Source: Podospora anserina (taxonomy: Eukaryota). From it: a stretch of 64,000 nt of DNA. The position numbers and the translations under genes are program-made. Below, piece by piece: positions 1 through 12,666 of this stretch (the stretch's first letter is position 1; each line of letters begins with the position of its first letter). Below the pieces are notes generated by a model. The model was not told the origin of the DNA. It did not search any database and saw only the letters and a list, made by a program, of their open reading frames with translations. The stretch covers positions 3,534,001 to 3,598,000 of the forward strand of contig CM030336.1 in NCBI GenBank assembly GCA_017654855.1. Direction: 5' to 3'.

Positions 1-629
1 CCGGGCATTCAACATGTCACCTGAGAGCCTCTCACATTCGTCGCCATCATCGAGGCAGTTTGAAGTAGTCAAGGCCAAACAAAGCAATCACTATCTGGTA
101 CAAATACGCTTCTGTCCGCCTGTCGCCTTTATCAAAAGCCAGTCTGGAATGCCCTCTGCCGTCACCTTGGCAATGCACGGTCCTGTCAACACAGAAAAAG
201 GGGCAACGAAGGGGGCTACAGTGTCAAAAGAAGGGTTAGGGTTTTCTTCATGAAGCTTCTGAACCTCGAGAACAAAAACTCGGCTTTGCTTCGGGCATCA
301 CATCAAATGAGCAGGAAAGTGGCACATTCGCAGCTGATTGGCTGCACTGGAGGATGTGACAGAGGGGCAAATGCAATGGAGTTTCGCGATAAGACGTAGG
401 CCAGATCCTTATCGACCGTTTTACCCCTCCCCCTCATCAAACAGCCCAGCCCAACCCAGTTGCGCGCATCAAACTCATCAGGGCCCGATCAAAAGGTTGG
501 GACTTTTTCTCTATTACCTAGAACCTTGGACCTTCCTCATTCAGATTGTTATTGTTATCACCTATCGCTACCTATCTTCTGCGTTTAGTTTGTTATCAGA
601 TCGTTCAGTGCACACCCTTCTCAGTCGTC

Positions 630-1293
630 ATGGTATGCCTTCACCCCACTTTGCAACTGCCTCATGTCTTGATGAAAAAGAGACCTGACTGACGATGTCG
701 CCGCCCACTTGCACAGGCACCTCACGGGAATAACCTCTCCAAGGATGAGATTGCTCAGTTCAAGGAGGTGTTTGAGATTTTTGTAAGATTTTCCCTCACT
801 TTCACACCTCACTCCTCTTCTGCATCACCAAGTCACACCCGCCAAGATGGCCTCCCTCATCCATCCCTCTCAACCAACCACCATTTACCCTCTCCCTGAC
901 TCTTCCCAGGACAAAGACGGCACAGGCGACATTACCGCTGCCGAGCTGGGCGCCGTCATGCGTGAACTCGGCCTCAACCCCTCCCCGGAGGAGCTCCAAG
1001 ACATTGTCAACGAGGCGGACCTCAACAAGGACGGCGTGATCTCGTTTGAGGAGTTCCTGTCACTCATGTCGATGGGCGTCAAGGAGACGGACACGGAGCA
1101 GGAGCTGGTCAACGCCTTCAAGGTGTTTGACAAGGACGGGAGCGGGACCATCAGCAGCGACGAGCTGAGGAATGTGCTCAAGTCCCTGGGCGAGAACCTC
1201 ACGGACGCGGAGCTGGACGAGATGATCAAGCTGGCGGATAAGGATGGGGATGGGCATATCGATTATCAGGAGTTTGCGCATATTATGAAATAG
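630..1293 (+). CDS. Calmodulin-like EF-hand protein (3 exons: 630-632, 717-782, 910-1293)
   Basis: ATG|gtatgc..cag, TTT|gtaag..cag; spliced MAPHGNNLSKDEIAQFKEVFEIFDKDGTGDITAAELG... with four EF-hand loops (DKDGTGDI, DLNKDGVI, DKDGSGTI, DKDGDGHI); clearly diverged from canonical fungal calmodulin. Confidence 0.9.
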
Positions 1294-1856
1294 GGGGGTT
1301 AAAATGGGAGGGAGGAAAGGGGGGGGATGGGTGGGAGATAGGATACCTGGTATTGTTAGATGGGAATTGATTGAAATTTTTGCTTCCTATGGTTTTGTGC
1401 AAGATTTTGAGGGGCTTTGTTTGAACCCCTGGACCTTGTTCTTCTACACAACATCAACTCTAGTTCATTTATGTCTTGACAAATACCAACTTGCAAAGGG
1501 ACGGAGCGTGTAGGTGCGGCATGTGTTGTGGTGCTGATAGCCGTTCGTGTCCTTCCCGGGGTGCCCAAGGGAGTTATTTTTATGGCTCAAACCAAAACAT
1601 GAGAATAACCTCCACAGGCTACGCTTAGGCACCACCTGGGGGCAGTGGCTTGAGCATATCTAAGTTCAACGCCCACCGTCCACTAGCGCATTCCACCTCG
1701 ACATAGACTTTTCCACAATCTCTCATTTCACGTCAAACCGTCTCTCATGTTTCGCACAAACCTTTTCCATTTTTTGACACATGTTTTTGGACATCCAGTC
1801 AGTCACCAACACAACCAAAACCACCATCTCGATTCGAACTGACTACCTCCATCAAG

Positions 1857-2520
1857 ATGAGCATGCGTAAGTACACATTACCTTGCTAAACATCTTCCAA
1901 CAACTAGTACTCACCTCTCTTTTTGATGATCACAGCAAAACTTCACTGGCCTACCATCACCGACCGCCTCGCTAAACTCCCCTCAACAATCCCGCCTCAC
2001 GAGCGATACGTCCATGTAACCAACAATATCGCAAGCGTGGTCCGATGGAATAAGGATCTTCTTGAAGGGATGCTCCTCGAGGCGCAGGCCCATTGTTGCG
2101 CTGCTGAGTTTGCGGCAAAAGATTGGTCCGAGAGTACCGATGCCAATGATAGCAAATCTGCTGAGAGGACAAGTTCCAAGGAAAGGGAAGAGAATGAGGA
2201 AAAGTGCAGGTTTTATGAGATTTTGATCGAGGTTTTGGAGGGTAACGTCAATCTTTTCTGCGTCTCAGGAAGTTTTCTAATGATTTGCATAGGAAAAATC
2301 AAGAAGTTGAAGACTCCGATTGATGAGGAGAGTTGGGAGGATGATTACGGTAGGAATATGGTGTTTTTCTTCTTGGGCTATCAAGTCGGAAGGAGGTTCG
2401 CTGACTGTAGTGATGTCTACAGAGATGGTTGACGAAAATAGAGACTCGGATGACCAGTGGGTGCATATTACCTTAGGCAGCCGTGCAAGCGGTCTGGCCA
2501 GCGCTCAAAATAGACTGTAG
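1857..2520 (+). CDS. Small-protein array member 1 (intact; introns 1867-1935, 2242-2292, 2350-2410)
   Basis: Spliced MSMPKLHWPTITDRL...MLLEAQAHC...KCRFYEILIEVLE...WEDDY|VMSTEMVDENRDSDDQWVHITLG...; GT-AG introns with branch sites; AIM-like DSDDQWVHI. Confidence 0.7.
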
Positions 2521-3054
2521 CATTCTCGTTATCGAGTGGAATTATGTGTGCGCAGAAGAACGTTTAAGTCAAGCTTTTTTTTTCAGACAGGCTCGCCGCA
2601 CTATGCACTTTGTCAATCCGCACTAGTGTGGGGCTACTTGAAATGTCGAGGAAGACATACATCTACAACCACTATCTTTATAGCCATACTACCCATGATA
2701 TTTAATTATTGAAAAATAAATACCTACATGAAATTGCCCATAAAAAACCTATTTCTTGGGAAAAATAAATTGTTTTCGCCCTTGCACGATGTGTTTGAAG
2801 ATGGTTCAACGTGAGGCCTGTTGATACATGCAGCGCTAGAATAGGAGTTTAGATGGGAGGGTTAGGGGTATATCTGGGGAAAAGCGGCTCACATAGTATG
2901 GACTGACAAAGTGCATAGTACGGCGAATGTGTCTCTTCTTTTTTCTTGAATAGCTCAATGAACCTGTTTTTACAAAGCCTCAGCGGTTGAGTGAGTCTTC
3001 AACCTTACTCGTTGTTTTGGGCGGAGAGGGGGAAAAAAGATAGCAAAAGTAAAT

Positions 3055-3166
3055 TGACAACTGTGAGATTCGAACTCACGCCTCTTTCGAGAGTAGAATA
3101 CCATTCATTTCTGAGTGGAAGATGTTATCTTGAGTCTACCGCCTTAGACCGCTCGGCCAAGTTGCC
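3055..3166 (-). tRNA. tRNA-Leu(CAA) with intron
   Basis: Reverse complement GGCAACTTGGCCGAGCGGTCTAAGGCGGTAGACT-CAA-G[intron about 30 nt]TCTACTCTCGAAAGAGGCGTGAGTTCGAATCTCACAGTTGTCA; D arm, long variable arm, TTCGAA T loop, paired acceptor stem. Confidence 0.93.
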
Positions 3167-3521
3167 TGTGTGATTCATGTTTTTCTGCATCGGAAATAGA
3201 CATCACAGCACAGACCTCCCAGACCATCAAAGGTTGATCACGACAACACCAAAGGGGGAGCGCCACGCTTGTGTTGTCAGGCAGTACAAAACTTTGAAGT
3301 CATCTGTGTGGATCTTGACGCCGCCATGGATGCAAGTTGCTCCAGGTGGCGCCACCATGTCCATGGTGTACGAGAGCAAGATCTTGCTCTTCAAGTGAAT
3401 AATACCTGTTTCCCATTTTGGACTTCCACCTTCTTACTTTCAAACACCAATACAGCCCGCCCTGTTTCAGAGAACCTCACAACAATATCATCACAAACCA
3501 ACCTCACCATGCACCGGCACA

Positions 3522-4078
3522 ATGTCCACCAGCAAAATCTTCCCCTGGTCCTCCATCAAGCCGAAACTCCTCACCTCCGAGGGTCGTTTCATCTACGACG
3601 ACAGCATCTACGCCGACGTCGCCTGTGACATCCTCACCGAAGCCGCCAAACGCAACCCCCTCCAAGAAATGCTCGATGACTCCTTGCGGGCTCTCAAAGA
3701 CGCCAGAAAGCTCAGGGAGAGTGGTGGGGGTGGTAACGATGCTAAGTTGCAGTTTGCCTTCTTTTTCATCTTGACTGGTATGGTGACTGTCCAGCTTAGA
3801 GCGCAGGAAAGAGAGGTCATTTCTGAGAAGATGAAGGGGAGCAAGAGCCCTGGGTGTGAGAGCACGGATAGTGGGTTGAGTGATGGTAGTGGGCAGAGTG
3901 GTAATTTTGGTACGTGGGATGTGGTTTGAAATTGGGAGTGGAAAGACTGACGATGCTGGCATACTTAGTCAAGATCGATCTGGATGAGATCCGGGATGTT
4001 ATGGCGCGAGAGGGGGTCAAGAGAAAAGGCGTTTTGAACAAGGTTTCCGAGTGGTTTTTTGGGAAGGGGAAGAAATGA
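3522..4078 (+). CDS. Small-protein array member 2 (intact; intron 3910-3968)
   Basis: MSTSKIFPWSSIKPKL...LQEMLDDSLRAL...KLQFAFFFILTGM...SGNF|VKIDLDEIRDV...VSEWFFGKGKK*; lacks intron 1 and a clear AIM. Confidence 0.65.
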
Positions 4079-4719
4079 GGGTGCTGGGGATTGGAGGGCG
4101 ATGATCACCTAATTGCCTGAACCAGGCCTTGGCCGGGTATTAAGACAGTTTATCACGACTTTAAGCGTAAATCAGGTGGGCCATGCTGCGATATACACGG
4201 CCAGCGCAGCATCAAACAGATCATTGTGATGTGAACTTTTGTGTTCAGGTTGCGTGGCGCTCTTGGTCAAAACTCTGGGGTTTAAGGTTCTTTCCCTCTT
4301 GAAGTTTCCAGTGCCTTATTCTTTGTGACAAAAGCTTGCAAGTCAGGTTGTAGGATATGCAGGTACCTTCCATCTCATGCTTTGCTTCTTGTCATTTCGG
4401 ACGATGCTTCAGTTGTTGTTTGGCTTTTTGACGCTATGAAACCGGGGAGTGACGTGCTCAATTGTCCCAAAGCTTCGGTTATACTCACTTTCCATGGCCC
4501 TCCACCACCAAACTGAAAAACACTCCAAGCCAAAGCTCCCACTGAGGCTGAAACTATACATACCTGAAGTGAACTTGATCATTGGAAAAGAACCTTGATC
4601 TTCAACAAAAATGATTGACATTACATTTGCTCCTCAAGCTCGACTCCAGCCAACCACCAGTCCACCACACGCGCTTGTACACGACGGCATCCTTTCAATC
4701 CCGCAGAGAAGACTGGGTA

Positions 4720-5447
4720 ATGTACCCCCACGACTCCGACTTTTTCCCATGGCCGCAGTTGAGAAAGTACTTCTTGAACAGCGAGGGAGAGCTCCGCAAG
4801 CTAGACAAGGACGAAGTCCAGTACGTGGCAACCGACAGGTACTGTCACCTACGAAAAAACTACAATGAGTACACCGTCGAAATGATCCTCAAGGATATCG
4901 TGGACCTCAAGAACGCCATACGCACGAGGATCAATCAAAGTATCGAGAGAGCTCGGCTGTTTGCCCCAGAACCAGGAAAATCGTGACTTTCACACAAGCG
5001 TTTGACCGTCAGAGAAATGGCAGAGAGCGAAAAGGAAGATGTTGAGCTTTTGGGGGAGTATACATTCTACTCCGTCATGACGCGCATAATCAAAGGCAAG
5101 TGTACAGCCCAGACAACATATCAAAACGGGTCTTGATATTGACAGCTTCATCAGCGGACAGGGATGAAGACAAGGAGTGGGTTGACATCACTCAGGATGC
5201 GAAGGAGCAAGGGCCGAAGTTCATGTCGAGAGGTAAGTTGGATTTCGTACGCCAACCTCACCTTAGGTACCTACAGTTTGCGACAGGAGACATACTGACA
5301 TATACTTGCTACCTACTTGCAGTCATGGTCGATGAGCTAGAATTTGAGGATAGAGAAGAGCACTCAAGTCACCAAGGCCTTCCAGAAACAGAGAAGAAAC
5401 AACAATCGTCACTATGTGAGTGGGTGGGCAAAACTTGGGGTAGCTGA
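4720..5447 (+). pseudogene. Small-protein array member 3 (in-frame TGA at 4984-4986; GC-AG intron 5096-5154, intron 5233-5322)
   Basis: MYPHDSDFFPWPQLRK...EMILKDIVDL...PGKS*LSHKRL...EYTFYSVMTRIIK|ADRDEDKEWVDIT...SLCEWVGKTWGS*; homology to members 1 and 2 continues past the stop; start codon uncertain. Confidence 0.55.
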
Positions 5448-6439
5448 ACAGTTTGGGGGGCTGAAGACACTCCAAAAGGCATTTCCCTGCCTTTAACAAA
5501 ATTGAAAACGTTACTGACACAACCTGTTCGCTGTTTCTTTTATTCTTTTATTTGCACTCAACATGGACGGAAAGGAAAAGTCAAAAACGCCACAAAAAAA
5601 GGAAAACCGTGCCAGCTTAATCCCCAGACCCACCATCCCCCAGCGCGGCCTATAGAGGGAGCGAAGATACGAGTCAAGCAACCAGGGCATCGACAAATAC
5701 TATAGAGTAGCGCCCACCACAGGAGTTGACCCCACAGTGTTTTGAAATTGTATGTGGGGCACTCGGAGTGAATGCAAGAGCACATGGCCAAACACAGTGT
5801 GTGTTCTGATTTGGTGGAAGAAGATGCGAGGTTTGTTGTTATTAAAGCTGGCAGACACGTGGTATAGGTTGTTTTGGGGAGCTGATGCGTGTTCAAGTGA
5901 CTGGTAGCTTTGTCAGCGGTTCTCCTTTGATGTTGGTCGTTGCTTTTTGCTACCTTATGCTCTCCCTTTGCTGGTCGTTCTACTCTAAAAGACCCTCCTC
6001 GTGTGCTCTACCTGTGGGTTCTACTCTATTCTCCTGAATCCCAGTTCTTTCCTGCCGATTTCCAGCTGACGCCTCTCAACAGGACGCATGATGGAACACA
6101 AGTGGCCGAGGTGGGAACCGTGGGATTGGGCGTCTCAGAACTTCTCTACTTGTGTGTCAAGAGATCACGGGCACGGATATCACACGAAGACAGATACCTC
6201 TCATCGCTGAAGCTGCACTGATAAGTAACTGCGACTTGCCATGCTTTTATTTTTTTTCTCTTGTTTTTAATTTTTTCCAAAAACTGTGTTTTGCCCACCC
6301 GTAAGATCGTTTGGAAACGCGTCCCCCGTCTCCGTTCCAGAACGCACAATGAGTGGTAAGCATCGTCCCGTGCCGCCTAGATTTTATTTTATGCTCGTTT
6401 GCTAACTCTTGAATTTTATCCAAGATTCTCAAGTTAACT

Positions 6440-7131
6440 TTGTCGAGCTGGCCCTCAGCAGTATGCAAAGATACCCATCCCCAACGATGTTTTTCGGGTA
6501 CAAGTCAGTGCTAATAGCATTGGACTTTAGCACCGGAGATCTACTCCTTGTTGAGTCGTGACACCCTCGCCCATGAGGTGGGCATTTGAGCGCCGCCCGC
6601 GCTCTAGTTGGCACCCTCAATGGCGATGCCGGTATTCCCGCTGTCCTCTTGCTTTCCCAATGCCAGGCGTTGTTCAACGAGGTCAAGGAGCCCTGTGTTT
6701 GGGGCATAGATCGTTCCAACGCTGATGTGCCGGCGAGATTCGCCGCCACGCAGATGTTCTTGTATTACCTGCAGGGCGATCTCCACTGCAAGCATACCGA
6801 TATCTTGTGGTGGGGATTGAGAAGATACAACTAATACATCTTATAGGCCGTTTCCGTGGACAGCTTGAGAAGAGAGGTTGCATTTCCAACCGTGCTTACA
6901 TGAAGCGCGGAGAGAATACCTATAGTACGTTGTCAGGATGTTGGAATATGTTGATAGAAAACTGATCGAAATTGCATAGGTATCGCTACGTTTGCCAATC
7001 ACGAGGAAATCCAGAAAGCCAAGGAGAAGTGGATGGAGGAGGAGAGGGCCAGGAGGGAGCCTAACCGCCTGGAGATGGAGAAGAGAGTCAAGGAGATCTT
7101 GCCTCACTGTCGGGAGTGCCCGATGATGTAG
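6440..7131 (+). pseudogene. Small-protein array member 4 (degenerate relic)
   Basis: LSAARALVGTLNGDAGIPAVLLLSQCQAL aligns with member 11 MSTARALIVNLHQEKKIPIRRLIRDCKEM; probable relic intron 6461-6530; no intact start, internal stops. Confidence 0.5.
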
Positions 7132-8397
7132 ATGCTGTTTCGATGGAGCGTTATTCCAGAAATACTGGTATCTCCAAGGATACAAATTCACGGCAACTTA
7201 CTAGGTATCTTTCATTTTCTTTCTGTTACAATCCCTTTCTACTTCCAAGTCAATCAATCACGTAGAATATGCCATAGGACTATGAACACACAGCATACTC
7301 CTGGGCAACGGGACATGGCTGTGGCGAAATATATTGCGACCTCATCACCACCCGTACAACAGTCTAGCGTTTATAGCTGATAACCCAGGTGATATGCCCA
7401 GATGTGGAAAGATTCCAAGCAGCTTCCACAAGGAAATCCCCCATGGTTCCCATCGTCTTGAATGGCTCCGGTACTTGGTCACGGGGACCGCGCGGTTGGC
7501 TGGGGGCTGACAGCGTGGAGTGACACGGAGGGAGAGATTTCGAGAGCTTTGCCAACGACGAGATCTATCTGCTACTAGAATAAAAATTAGCTTCTGAAGT
7601 AGGCAATATTCATCAAGGACAGGGACTCTACAACTTGCCTGGGGTCGACGGCTTGTAACAGAATATATGGAAATGGATGATGAGTTGTTGAAAAGGATTG
7701 GATGGCAAAGCGCCAATTTTTTTTTTGATTGGGCGACTTACTGTGTGGAAAGTTCCGGGTGCATACCGGCAGTGTAGTTGGTTTGGTCCAGCGTAGCGGG
7801 GTGAAATGGGGCCGGAAGAAGACGGAAGTGGTGCCGGAAGAGGTTGAGCTGCGGAAGCCCCGGGTTGCCAGATCGCAACGCCAGATTATCGCGACAGACA
7901 GACCCGCAGAGGGGTGAGTACAGAGAGGCAGGCTTGAAGATGCTGACGCAGAGGGATAGGTCAGGAAGCTCTGATGCTCTTGAACAGGCTGCCATTCACT
8001 CAGCACAGAGCTTCACATCCATAGATATTGGATAACTTTCAGGAGAAAGCAGCAAGGACGTGCACATGGAAGTCCACCCCCAAGAGCAATACCCCGCCTA
8101 CTTTCTTCTATTTACTCATCATGTCTGCTCACAAAGTGAATAGACCGCAGACTAGACCCGCTACAGTAACCCTTTAAGAGCCCGGTTGTGTACAGCTTCC
8201 TGTCTTGCTTTCTCCTGAGTACATCTTCTCATTCTCTTTCCTATCAAACGCAAGGCAAAAAGCACAACCTTTGACAACAATTTCAAAGGTCTCCAAGAAT
8301 CTGATCCATCCGCTACGCGGGCAGCGTTCTTTGAGCTACTACCAGTCCTACTTGCTCGGACGCCCGCTCAAGCGTTCGTTCACCCGAAGATCAAGCC

Positions 8398-8941
8398 ATG
8401 GCCTCAAACAACATCTTTGACTGGGAGGCTATCTGTAAGTTCTCTTTCTCGCCCGCCAACCAATTTTCCTGACTGACACTCGTCCAGGGGCGCGCCTGAC
8501 CCGCAAGCCAGGAACAGCTCACGAACTCTTTTAATGCTCCATCAAAGAAGTTCGCCAGTGATCTGACCAAGGAGTTGCATGGGGGCAGAGGCATCTCCCT
8601 TCACTCCCTGATTCGTGACTGCCGAGCTATGCTTGAGGAAACCAAGAACATGGCTTACACGAGCCCACCAACTCTGGTTGAGAGTCGCAATAAATTCTTC
8701 TCGACCATACTGGAGGTGATCAGGCAGGGCATGCAGGATGAGGGTTTGCTGGAGCATGCGGAGGGATTTGGTATGTTTTATCGGTCAGGGTATTGAGAGT
8801 CCAGAAACTGACAAATACACTGCAGAGGTTATCCCTTCCTCTAAAGACGCCATCCGGAACTTGGATGATGATTGGAACGTTGTTACAGTTGAGGAGGCAG
8901 CTGGATACAAGAAGGGCAAGAAGAAGCGAGCTGCTAAATAG
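8398..8941 (+). pseudogene. Small-protein array member 5 (introns 8435-8487, 8771-8825; frameshift about 8490-8535)
   Basis: MASNNIFDWEAI|W...ISLHSLIRDCRAML...ESRNKFFSTILE...AEGF|EVIPSSKDAIRNLDDDWNVVTVEE...; exon-2 start is out of frame with the conserved core. Confidence 0.65.
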
Positions 8942-10539
8942 GGTTGAGCTCAAATAGATACAGGTCAATTCATAAACTGAGGCGCACCGGCCGTGCAGCA
9001 TGAACCGTCTTTTCTACTCTATACTCTATACCGTGATAATACTGTTCCGTTTTCAGGGGCACATGTCTTAGCCATGTGTGACAGCTGCTTCAATTGAATT
9101 TGCGCGTTATATTGCACTCGAATATCCGCCCCAGAGTCCTATGCAGGGGGACAAGTCTGTGAGAATGCAGCAGTCCAAAATCAAAGGACTAGCTCATATA
9201 AAACAATGTAGTAGGTGACTCTCCCTTTGGTCATGGATATGCCCTCCGAACACATTGAGGCCCCTTGTGCAAATGATAATTCGCAACATCATGTTCATAT
9301 TTCAGCCTTGATACGGGGTACTCATGTCGACATTCCCTATTCACTCAAAAACGCTCTCACTCAAAGACCCTGACAAAGTGAATATAACACGGCGGGTCAA
9401 GCGAAGTGAATTAGAGATCTGAATTGCTGGGTGTTTACTTATAAGATATATTCTCCCCCTCTTTGAGATCTCCACCCTTTTCCCAAGATCTAACAAAGTT
9501 GCCAAATCGTCTTGATTACCAGCAAAGCTTTCTGATCCCATCACCAACACCGGCCTTTTCGCTTTTGCTTGTTCCATTTACTAGCATCAAAGTACTCGAA
9601 CAATGACGACCTCGGACAATGGTAAGATGAAACTCCCTAGAAAAGCTTTGACACAAGGGCTAACAAGAGGCTTTAGATGTCATCCCGTGCGCGGATGATA
9701 TCCGGAAACTTGAGGAGAATTGGGTTGTTATCGATGCAGACGAAGTGAAAGATGCAGTCATCGTGGAGAAGCCCTAGATAGCTACCAATCCATCTGTTCT
9801 TCCTAGTTGAGTAAAATACACCCAATTCTGCTCGTGTGAAGCCATGTTTCTTTTTGCCGTCGAATCCAATAAGCGAGTCTGAGCCAGATACTAGGGTCAT
9901 CGCAGTTGGCAGACAGGCCTACTGCATGGGCCGTCCCTTTTCCATATAACTTCCCAAAAGTGATTTGAGCTGCTCGCCGTAACTGGCGCTGTTTCTTGGC
10001 CTGTGTGGGATTTGTTGGCGATGTGATATGAAGGTTTCCTATCGAGCTGTAAGGTAAGCAAATTAGATTCTGGGCTCCCAATACCGGATTCCGTTCCCAA
10101 TTATTTAGTTTCGGCGTCGCTTATGTCGGCGGTATTAAATAAATAATTAAATAGTTCGGCGCTCGTATCTCGCCATCGCGGCCTATCCGGAACCTTTTCT
10201 AGCATTATCTCGACGTTTAACTCAAAATTATTTTCGTCCCACCGCTCGTCCGAGACCCCGCCCTAAGTTCCTCCGATAGGGCTACCTTAACGGTTAGGTA
10301 ATCTGACTTAGCGGATGGCTGAGAGGAGACAATTTCGAGTTGACGGGCAAATAGAGTGTAAGGCTTTGCACCGGAGGCAGTACGATACAGAACCCGAGTC
10401 TTGTAATCGACGACAGGGACACTGTCGAATGAGTTGCAGGGCCTGGTAGAAGAGCTCGTCGTCGTACACATCGTTTCGTAGCTAAAAGTGTCCCAGTATA
10501 ATTGGTCCATGGTGTATTGATGCAAAGGGTATACAACTA

Positions 10540-10816
10540 TGTAAGCGGTGGTAAATCAGAGTTGGTCGACCTTGGGGGTTTAGATATAAGGAGAAGTTAA
10601 AATTGGCGGAATTAGCGGAATTGGTAGAATAAGTATTTCGGTGCATCAGACATGGCGTTTTAGTTATCTTAGTTTCAGATCACGCACCTGGCAAAAGTGG
10701 CTGGTAGGCCTGCTTACCTGGTCTGAACCTGAGATAACATTTGAGAGGCTTGTCAAAGTTTGCTGCAAATGCCTCTGCCGATGAAAATTTAAGCGGGTGT
10801 GGCTCATCCTCTCACA
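10540..10816. mobile_element. Possible LTR with adjacent decayed internal sequence (about 10100-10540)
   Basis: TGTAAG...CTCACA termini, internal TATA-like motif; the left flank is TpA-rich and CpA-poor; no target-site duplication identified. Confidence 0.35.
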
Positions 10817-12666
10817 ATGACGTACAGTGGGGGCAGTCCACGCAGAAAAGCTCTGATTTTTGGACCCTGAGTAACTTTATTCAATTGCATGACTCTATGG
10901 TTGTAGATAGGTATGTATAGGCAAATGATTTGTTGATATGTTCTTCCTGGTCGAGGGAAATGTATTGCCGCTTTTGGACTTGGGTGGGGTGTGTAGTTAG
11001 GAGCAACACTGCCTCTTCCACCCTACGCCCCTGTCAATTTCAGCTTGGAAAAATGTGTTTGATTTCGAAATGTCCAAATTAACCAGCTTAAGTTCGAATA
11101 ACGTGCGTGATAAGCGAGTGAAACGGATAAGCGAGTGAAACACGCCCCACGGCATTGCGCACCTTCCATCTTCAACTACAAATTTGTCCACGTTTAATAA
11201 TGGAACAACCTTCGTACGAAAGCAGGCTTTTTCTTGCCGTAGCAGCTCTCCAAAACGATAATAATCTTGGCCTTAGAGCTGCAGCAAAGATCTACGGTGT
11301 TGATCCTGCAACACTAATGCGTCGACGCGATGGCAAACCTGCACGACGCGATATTCCAGCCAATTCGCGCAAGTTTACGGATCTAGAGGAAAAAACGATT
11401 GTTTAATATTGAGCTATGTACACGCGCATTTCATCCCCGGCTTGCGTATGTGGAAGATATGGCCAATCGATTGCTACGATGTCTACAACTTCGACGAGAC
11501 TGGGTTTATGATGAGTATTATCTTCGAGGGCATGGTAGTTACAACTTCTGATGGCCGTGGCAAGGCCAAACAGGTCCAGCCTGACAATCGTGAGTGGGCT
11601 ACGGTTATTCAGGGCGTAAATGCTCTGGGTTGGGCTATCCCACCATTCATTATCTTGGGCGGGCAATATCACCTCGCCAATTGGTATCAAGAGTGCAGCC
11701 TTCCGGCCACCTGGCGTATTGCAACAACCGATAATGGCTGGACTACCAATGAGAAAGGCATGGATTAGATTCTTCACTTCGATTTCTACACGGCATCTCG
11801 TACGAAGGGCAAATATCGGCTATTAATCCTTGACGGCCACGAGAGCCACCACTCCGAAGAATTCGAAACCTATTACCGGGAGCACAACATTATTACACTA
11901 TATATACCTCCGCACTCCTCCCATATACTTCAGCCATTGGATATTGGCTGTTTTGCGCCATTAAAGAAGGCGTACAGCCGCCAGATTGAGCAGTTGATGC
12001 GGATAAACATCATACACATTAGCAAGTTGGAGTTTCTTTGTGCGTTTAGAGAAGCATTTTTTGCTTCGATCACAGAAAAGAATATCCAGGGTGGTTTTGC
12101 CGGAGCCGGCCTTGTGCCGTACGACCCAGAGAGGGTGATATCTAAGCTAGATGTGCGCATTCGGACTCCAACACCCCCAGCCTCGAGCCCAACCACGGCA
12201 CTACCTTGGGTCTCTCAAACGCCACACAACCCTCGGGAGGCTACCTCACAGTCAGCGCTTATTAAAACTCGAATTTCCAACCATCAAGGCAGCTCTCCAA
12301 CCTCAATACTAGCCGCTGTAGACCAAGTTACTAAGGGAGCAATGGGTATAATGCACGAGGTGGCTCTTCTCCGTGCAGAGGTCTCTTCGCTACGCAAGGC
12401 CAATGAGGAGCTTAGTAAGAGACGGAGAGCCAAAAAACCACGTGTGCGGCTTAGAGGGTCACTTACTATACAAGAGGCACAGGATCTACTGGATCAGAAG
12501 GTTGTGGGTGAGCAGGTAGCCCAGGAAACACGACAAAATAGTGGTGGTGCAGGGGGGTCTCGTACGAAGATTCGGTGCTGTGGTGTGTGCGGCAAGCCTG
12601 GCCATAATGCACGCACCTGCAAGGAGGCTGCAGAATCGTCTGATTCATCTGTTTCTGATTCAGTTA

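Noticed and set aside
7700-8040. Possible further array member (also 23430-23730)
   Set aside because: None of the diagnostic motifs or intron positions found
8413-8434. N-terminal W-x-x-I motif (for example FDWEAI) as a second AIM
   Set aside because: Fits the core consensus but lacks an acidic run and probably begins the first helix of the folded domain
9341-10100. Short minus-strand ORFs that look like a decayed gene
   Set aside because: No recognisable motifs; could not be joined into a model
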